Below are positions 63,001 through 64,000 of a stretch of 64,000 nt of DNA, in pieces (positions within the stretch are counted from its first letter, which is position 1; each line of letters begins with the position of its first letter). Under the pieces are notes generated by a model. It saw only the letters and a program-made list of their open reading frames with translations, made no database searches and was not told where the DNA came from. The stretch is from Mobula birostris. Its lineage: Eukaryota. Both the position numbers and the translations under genes were made by a program. The stretch is from assembly GCF_030028105.1 (NCBI RefSeq), contig NC_092390.1:10354001-10418000 (forward strand), read 5' to 3'.

Positions 63001-63706
63001 CTAGGTGTAGCCATAGCTGCATGGGCCCCAGCTATGCCTGTCTTTTCATTGGCTACTTAGAGCAGCCCACTTTCCAAGCCTTCCCTGGTAATGCTCCCCA
63101 ACTCTTTCTACATTACGTTGACAGCTGCATTGGTACTGTTTCATGCACCATACTACTACTCAATTTCATTAACTTTGTCTCCTACTTCCACTCTGCCCTT
63201 TCTCAATATCTCTGTTTCCATCTCTGGATTTAAACTATCCACCGATACCTTTTATAAATCTGTTGATTCCCATGTCTATCTTGACTATACCATTTCCCAC
63301 CGTGTCTCTTGTAAAAATGTTACTCCCTTTTCTCAGTTTCTCTGTCTCTGCCGCATCTATTCCCAGGATGAGACTTTCCTTTCCAGGACAACAGAATTGT
63401 CTTCTTTTCCTCCACCACTGATGCTGCCTTCACCCGTATCTCCTCCATTTCCCAGACAGCTGTGCTCACCCCATCTTCTCACTGCCTTTACAAGGATAGA
63501 GTTCCTTTTATCCCCTCACCTACCACCCCACGAGCTTCTCCATCCAACACATCATTCAGAGGGTTGGAGCAACACCTCATCTTCCAAAACTTCCACCATC
63601 TTCAACAGGATCCTACCACATCTTTATCTCCTTCCCCGCACTCTCCACGTTCTGCAGGGATCACTCATTCCTTGATTCCCTCGTCCATTCATCCCTTCCC
63701 ACTAAT
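63001..63706 (+). mobile_element. Penelope-like RT fragment
   Basis: MGPSYACLFIGYLEQ..FLHYVDSCIG (RYIDD), LPFLNISVSISG.KLSTDTFYK..DSHVYLDY..PFSQFLCLCRI. Confidence 0.88.
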
Positions 63707-63816
63707 TTCTCTGGGTGCTCCGGTTTCCTGCCACATGCTAAAGATGTATGGGTGAGGATTAGTGAGGTGTGGGCATGCTATGTTGGCACCAGAGGTATGG
63801 CACCCCCTGCACATCC

Positions 63817-64000
63817 AGTGATGTTGTAGGGATGGAACTGGACTCTCTCACGGTGGTGTCTGAAAAGAGGATGCTGTCTAAGTTGCATGCCATCTTGGTC
63901 AATGTCTCCCATCCACTACATAATGTACCGGCTGGGCACAGGAGTACATTCAGCCAGAGACTCATTCCTCCAAGATGCAGCACAGAGCGTCATAGGAAGT
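63817..64000 (+). mobile_element. Rex1 LINE 3' coding fragment
   Basis: VVGMELDSLTVVSEKRMLSKLHAILVNVSHPLH..STFSQRLIPPRCSTERHRK. Confidence 0.8.

Overview
Eukaryotic vertebrate genomic DNA, most likely a cartilaginous fish (ray/skate; inferred from the repeat families: CR1, Rex1/Babar, Penelope, V-SINE, Tc1/mariner). The only host gene is the 5' end of the NK2 homeobox gene NKX2-3 on the minus strand (coding exon 1 at 647-971, intron 1 running off the left edge, GC-rich promoter at about 1170-1400). The remaining ~62 kb is upstream gene desert. The first ~14.8 kb is CpG-retaining, poor in long transposons and has several enhancer-like motif clusters. The rest is CpG-depleted and packed with degraded, nested retroelements and DNA-transposon remnants. 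The most notable signal is a family of 100-240 bp, often fold-back, mini-elements built from Penelope termini. They carry minimal hammerhead ribozyme cores and are repeatedly flanked by 8-15 bp target-site-like direct repeats. Also notable: a multi-TIR palindromic mariner MITE, and an unexplained CR1-tail-plus-flank segment present twice in inverted orientation 24 kb apart. Two assembly gaps. All calls were made by eye with no database searches, and most repeat boundaries are approximate.
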